NCBI GenBank assembly: GCA_026014495.1
Contig: JAOZIF010000080.1
Coordinates: 1-37,590, forward strand
Direction of reading: 5' to 3'
DNA from: Candidatus Bathyarchaeum sp.
Lineage (GTDB): Archaea; Thermoproteota; Bathyarchaeia; Bathyarchaeales; Bathyarchaeaceae
Length of the DNA stretch: 37,590 nt
Below the pieces are notes generated by a model that worked only from the letters and a program-made list of their open reading frames with translations, ran no database searches and had not been told where the DNA came from. Below, piece after piece: positions 34,732-37,590 of this stretch (the stretch's first letter is position 1; each line of letters begins with the position of its first letter). The position numbers and the translations under genes are program-made.

Positions 34732-35970
34732 TTGGTGTCGTCTAAAAAGTTGTTGTTTTCCAGCATAGTTGTTCTTGTTTTGCTTAGTTTTCTTTTAGTT
34801 ACTTCAGTTAAAGCGTCATCGGAAATGTGGAACCAACTTTACGGAGGATCAGAATATGACTTTGCTTATTCGATTATTGAAACATCTGACGGAGGCTTCG
34901 CAATAGCAGGTTGTACTGGCTCTTTTGGTGCTGGAGGAGGTGATTTTTGGTTAATTAAAACTGACGAGTATGGTGATGTGGAGTGGAACAGGACATATGG
35001 CGGAACAGGTGTTGACTGTGCATACTCATTGATTGAGACGTCTGACGGGGGATTCGCATTAGCTGGTGTTACTGACTCGTTTGGTGCAGGTGGTAATGAT
35101 TTTTGGTTAATCAAAACTGACTTTTTTGGGAACATAGAGTGGAACCAGACCTATGGTGGATCAGATTCAAACATTGCTTACGTGTTGGTTGAAACGTCTG
35201 ATGGAGGGTACGCTTTGGCGGGTTCTTCGGGGTCTCCGCTATATTTTCCTATTGGCGTTGGAACCACCGATTTTTGGTTAGTGAAAACTGACGCTTATGG
35301 GAATATGGAATGGAACAAAACATACGGGGGACCAGAAGATGAAGTTGCTTACTCGCTGGTTGAGACTGCTGACCGAGGACTTGCATTAGGTGGTTACACA
35401 GAATCTGGTGGTGAATCAGGTCATTTTTGGTTAGTTAAAACGGATGTATCTGGCACCGTGGACTGGAACCAAACCTATGGGGGTTCAAAGTCTAATTATG
35501 CTTTTTCGTTAGTTGCAACATCGGATGGTGGTTTCGCTTTAGCTTCAACTAATTTTTGGTTGATTAAAACGGATGCATATGGAACTGTGGAATGGAACTA
35601 TACGTACGGGATAAAATATGATCACATAGTTTATTCTATGGTTGAAACTTTTGATGGAGGATTCGCTTTAGCTGGAGGTGAAAATGGTTTCTGGTTGGTT
35701 AAGACTGATGCCTATGGTAACATGGAGTGGAACCAAACGTACCAAAGATCAGAATGTGATCGTCCTTACTCTTTAATTCAGACTTCTGATGGAGGATATG
35801 CTTTAGTTGGCGATACTATTAATCTTGCAAGTTCAGATGTGTGGGTAATTAAAGCAAATGAAACTGGCATTATTCCAGAATTTCCTTCAGGGATAATATT
35901 GCCTCTTTTGTTGGTTGTCACTGTGTTTGTGATCGTGTTCAAAAAGAAGCTGTTCCATCAAAAATCTTAA
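34732..35970 (+). CDS. Secreted seven-repeat (probable beta-propeller) protein with PEF-CTERM-like anchor
   Basis: Signal peptide ending VKA, seven WNxTYG...ETSDGGFALAG...FWLIKTD repeats, C-terminal IIPEFPSGIILPLLLVVTVFVIVFKKK. Start TTG 34732 or GTG 34735 after GGGGG. Confidence 0.85.
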   Translation: MVSSKKLLFSSIVVLVLLSFLLVTSVKASSEMWNQLYGGSEYDFAYSIIETSDGGFAIAGCTGSFGAGGGDFWLIKTDEYGDVEWNRTYGGTGVDCAYSLIETSDGGFALAGVTDSFGAGGNDFWLIKTDFFGNIEWNQTYGGSDSNIAYVLVETSDGGYALAGSSGSPLYFPIGVGTTDFWLVKTDAYGNMEWNKTYGGPEDEVAYSLVETADRGLALGGYTESGGESGHFWLVKTDVSGTVDWNQTYGGSKSNYAFSLVATSDGGFALASTNFWLIKTDAYGTVEWNYTYGIKYDHIVYSMVETFDGGFALAGGENGFWLVKTDAYGNMEWNQTYQRSECDRPYSLIQTSDGGYALVGDTINLASSDVWVIKANETGIIPEFPSGIILPLLLVVTVFVIVFKKKLFHQKS

Positions 35971-36088
35971 GGTATGTAATGTTTAATTAACCCACAGGAC
36001 AGAACACCTACTTGTATTATTTGACCTATGTTGATACTGTTCTACCAATAGTTCTTGGAATTTAGGTGATAAATTCCGTTTGAACATC

Positions 36089-37408
36089 TTAACTAGATTG
36101 AACCTTATTGTCGATTTGATGTTTTGGTGAAAATCGTTTTTTGTAGAATAATGCTGCTGATGTTGCTATGACAAACAACGGTAGAATAACTCCTGTTGGA
36201 AACTCTGGGATGTAATCTCCGTGGGCGTTAACGGTGGCAAACCAAATTTTGTATTCTGTTTCATCATCTGTGGGTTTTGTTGTTCCTGTCAGCGCATAAT
36301 CTCCATTATCTGTTTGTAAGACAAAAAGAGCAGTACTGTCGCCTAAACCTAGGTATGTGCTGTTCCATTGGATGTTTCCGTTAGTATCTATTTTTATCAG
36401 AAACATGTAGTTGCTCAAGCCTGGAAAGCTGTTAAGGGAGCTTGTCCACCCTGAGACCATGTACCCTTCGTCATTTGTCTGAATCATACTGCTTGGTATT
36501 GCTGGTTCGCTAGGAGCCCAAGTCATGTTCCATTCTGTGTTACCGTCTGAATCTACATGAATCACCCAGATATCTGAAGAATCAACTATGCCTCTACTTG
36601 CGTAACCAGCTAATGTGTATCCATCGTCACTTGTTTGAATAACAAACTGCAATAAATCACGACCTCCCTGTTCATAGGTTTTAGTCCACTCGACATCGCC
36701 TTCTGCATTTGTTTTTATGAACCAACAGTCATAGAATGTGTAATTACTGAAAGAATTTGTTGACCCTATTATCGCGTATCCTCCATCACTTGTTTGGGTT
36801 ACTGAATATCCCTCAGCTGACCCCAATTCTCCATATGTTTTATTCCACTGTATGTTACCTGTGGAGTCAGTTTTAATCAACCACAAGTCTTCAGTTGAGT
36901 TTGCGTCTGTGGAGTAGCCCGTCATAACGTATCCGTTATCGCTTGTTTGTATCACAGAATTTGCTACTTCTGCTGTTGCTTGGCCATATGTTTTGTTCCA
37001 TTGCACATTTCCAGAGGCATCAACTTTAACTAACCAAAAATCGTTGTCACCTGCACCAAAAGACTGAGTTTTGCCCACCATAGCGTATCCACTATCACTT
37101 GTTTGAATCATGTCCGTTGCAACGTCTGCTTCTGCTCCACCATATGTATAGTTCCACTCTACTGTTCCACTTGAATCAACCTTAATCAACCAAAAATCAG
37201 CATTACCTGCACCAAAAGAATATGTGTTCCCAGCGATAACAAACATTTCATCCTCACTCTCAACAATGCCAACCGATGTATCATTTAATTCTCCACCATA
37301 CAATTCAAACTCTGTAGCTGACGAAGACTCGGCATAGGCACCTGAAATGAACATCAAAAACAAGTTAACTGTAAGAAACGTCGGAATTAGCAACTTGTTT
37401 TTAATCAC
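36089..37408 (-). CDS. Paralogous secreted seven-repeat protein with PEF-CTERM-like anchor
   Basis: Signal peptide ending AYA, seven WNxTY...QTSDxGY...FWLIKxD repeats, C-terminal YIPEFPTGVILPLFVIATSAALFYKKR. GTG at 37408 after GGGGG is preferred to 37426. Confidence 0.85.
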   Translation of the reverse strand: MIKNKLLIPTFLTVNLFLMFISGAYAESSSATEFELYGGELNDTSVGIVESEDEMFVIAGNTYSFGAGNADFWLIKVDSSGTVEWNYTYGGAEADVATDMIQTSDSGYAMVGKTQSFGAGDNDFWLVKVDASGNVQWNKTYGQATAEVANSVIQTSDNGYVMTGYSTDANSTEDLWLIKTDSTGNIQWNKTYGELGSAEGYSVTQTSDGGYAIIGSTNSFSNYTFYDCWFIKTNAEGDVEWTKTYEQGGRDLLQFVIQTSDDGYTLAGYASRGIVDSSDIWVIHVDSDGNTEWNMTWAPSEPAIPSSMIQTNDEGYMVSGWTSSLNSFPGLSNYMFLIKIDTNGNIQWNSTYLGLGDSTALFVLQTDNGDYALTGTTKPTDDETEYKIWFATVNAHGDYIPEFPTGVILPLFVIATSAALFYKKRFSPKHQIDNKVQSS

Positions 37409-37459
37409 ACATTTTCCCCCACACATAAAATGCGTTATTTAATGAATAAAACTATTTTT

Positions 37460-37510
37460 GTCAAGGTTTCTTGACTTACGAACGATACATAATGGTCAAG
37501 ATTTCTTGAT
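37460..37510 (-). promoter_or_regulatory. Tandem GTCAA-N6-TTGAC operator pair, gene 36089-37408
   Basis: In gene orientation: ATCAAGAAATCTTGAC (37510-37495) and GTCAAGAAACCTTGAC (37475-37460), followed by AAAAATAG-TTTTATTC. Confidence 0.8.
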
Positions 37511-37590
37511 ACAAAATTAACTATATGTTTGCTGCCCTCTTAGCTGGGCTACTTTTTTCTCTTTTTTCCACCGCAAAAACGGGTTATTTT

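Noticed and set aside
1202-35135. Remaining short ORF-track entries nested in or antisense to assigned genes
   Set aside because: They are shadow frames of well-supported genes with no independent motifs or RBS.
34720-37426. CRISPR array or diversity-generating retroelement
   Set aside because: The repeats are in-frame protein repeats of about 150 nt with synonymous divergence. There are no identical repeat-spacer units, no template/variable repeat pair and no reverse transcriptase.
1-37590. tRNA, rRNA, IS elements, programmed frameshifts or stop-codon read-through
   Set aside because: No T-loop or cloverleaf, transposase motif, terminal inverted repeats or interrupted reading frame was found by eye. 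A tRNAscan-SE or Infernal run would be decisive.

Overview
Archaeal chromosomal segment, most likely Bathyarchaeia (inferred from Fae-Hps, the DKFP-type aro genes, the LysW pathway and PEF-tailed surface proteins). It has four parts. (1) 1-~2800: an AT-rich, element-like module with an AbrB-type regulator, an orphan, a TFB-like protein lacking its Zn ribbon, and a ParB-like protein. (2) 2900-6800: a C1/metabolite-repair block with ridA, a Fae-Hps carrying an extra N-terminal helix-turn-helix, an unannotated 48-aa ribbon-helix-helix gene and glyA. (3) 7050-30970: an amino-acid biosynthesis supercluster. It holds a 12-gene ask-asd-aro-tyrA operon with convergent pheA, two Lrp regulators, the lysWXYZJK operon (LysX has a ~73-aa insertion), and homocitrate synthase, homoaconitase and homoisocitrate dehydrogenase. 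(4) 30980-37590: three surface-protein genes that each carry the same tandem palindromic operator (GTCAA-N6-TTGAC, two copies 34-35 bp apart) just upstream of BRE/TATA-like sequence. The strongest leads are this surface-protein regulon, the HTH-Fae-Hps fusion with its repeat-rich promoter, the inserted LysX and the truncated TFB. No tRNA, rRNA, CRISPR array or transposase was seen. All family assignments come from motif recognition by eye, not database searches.
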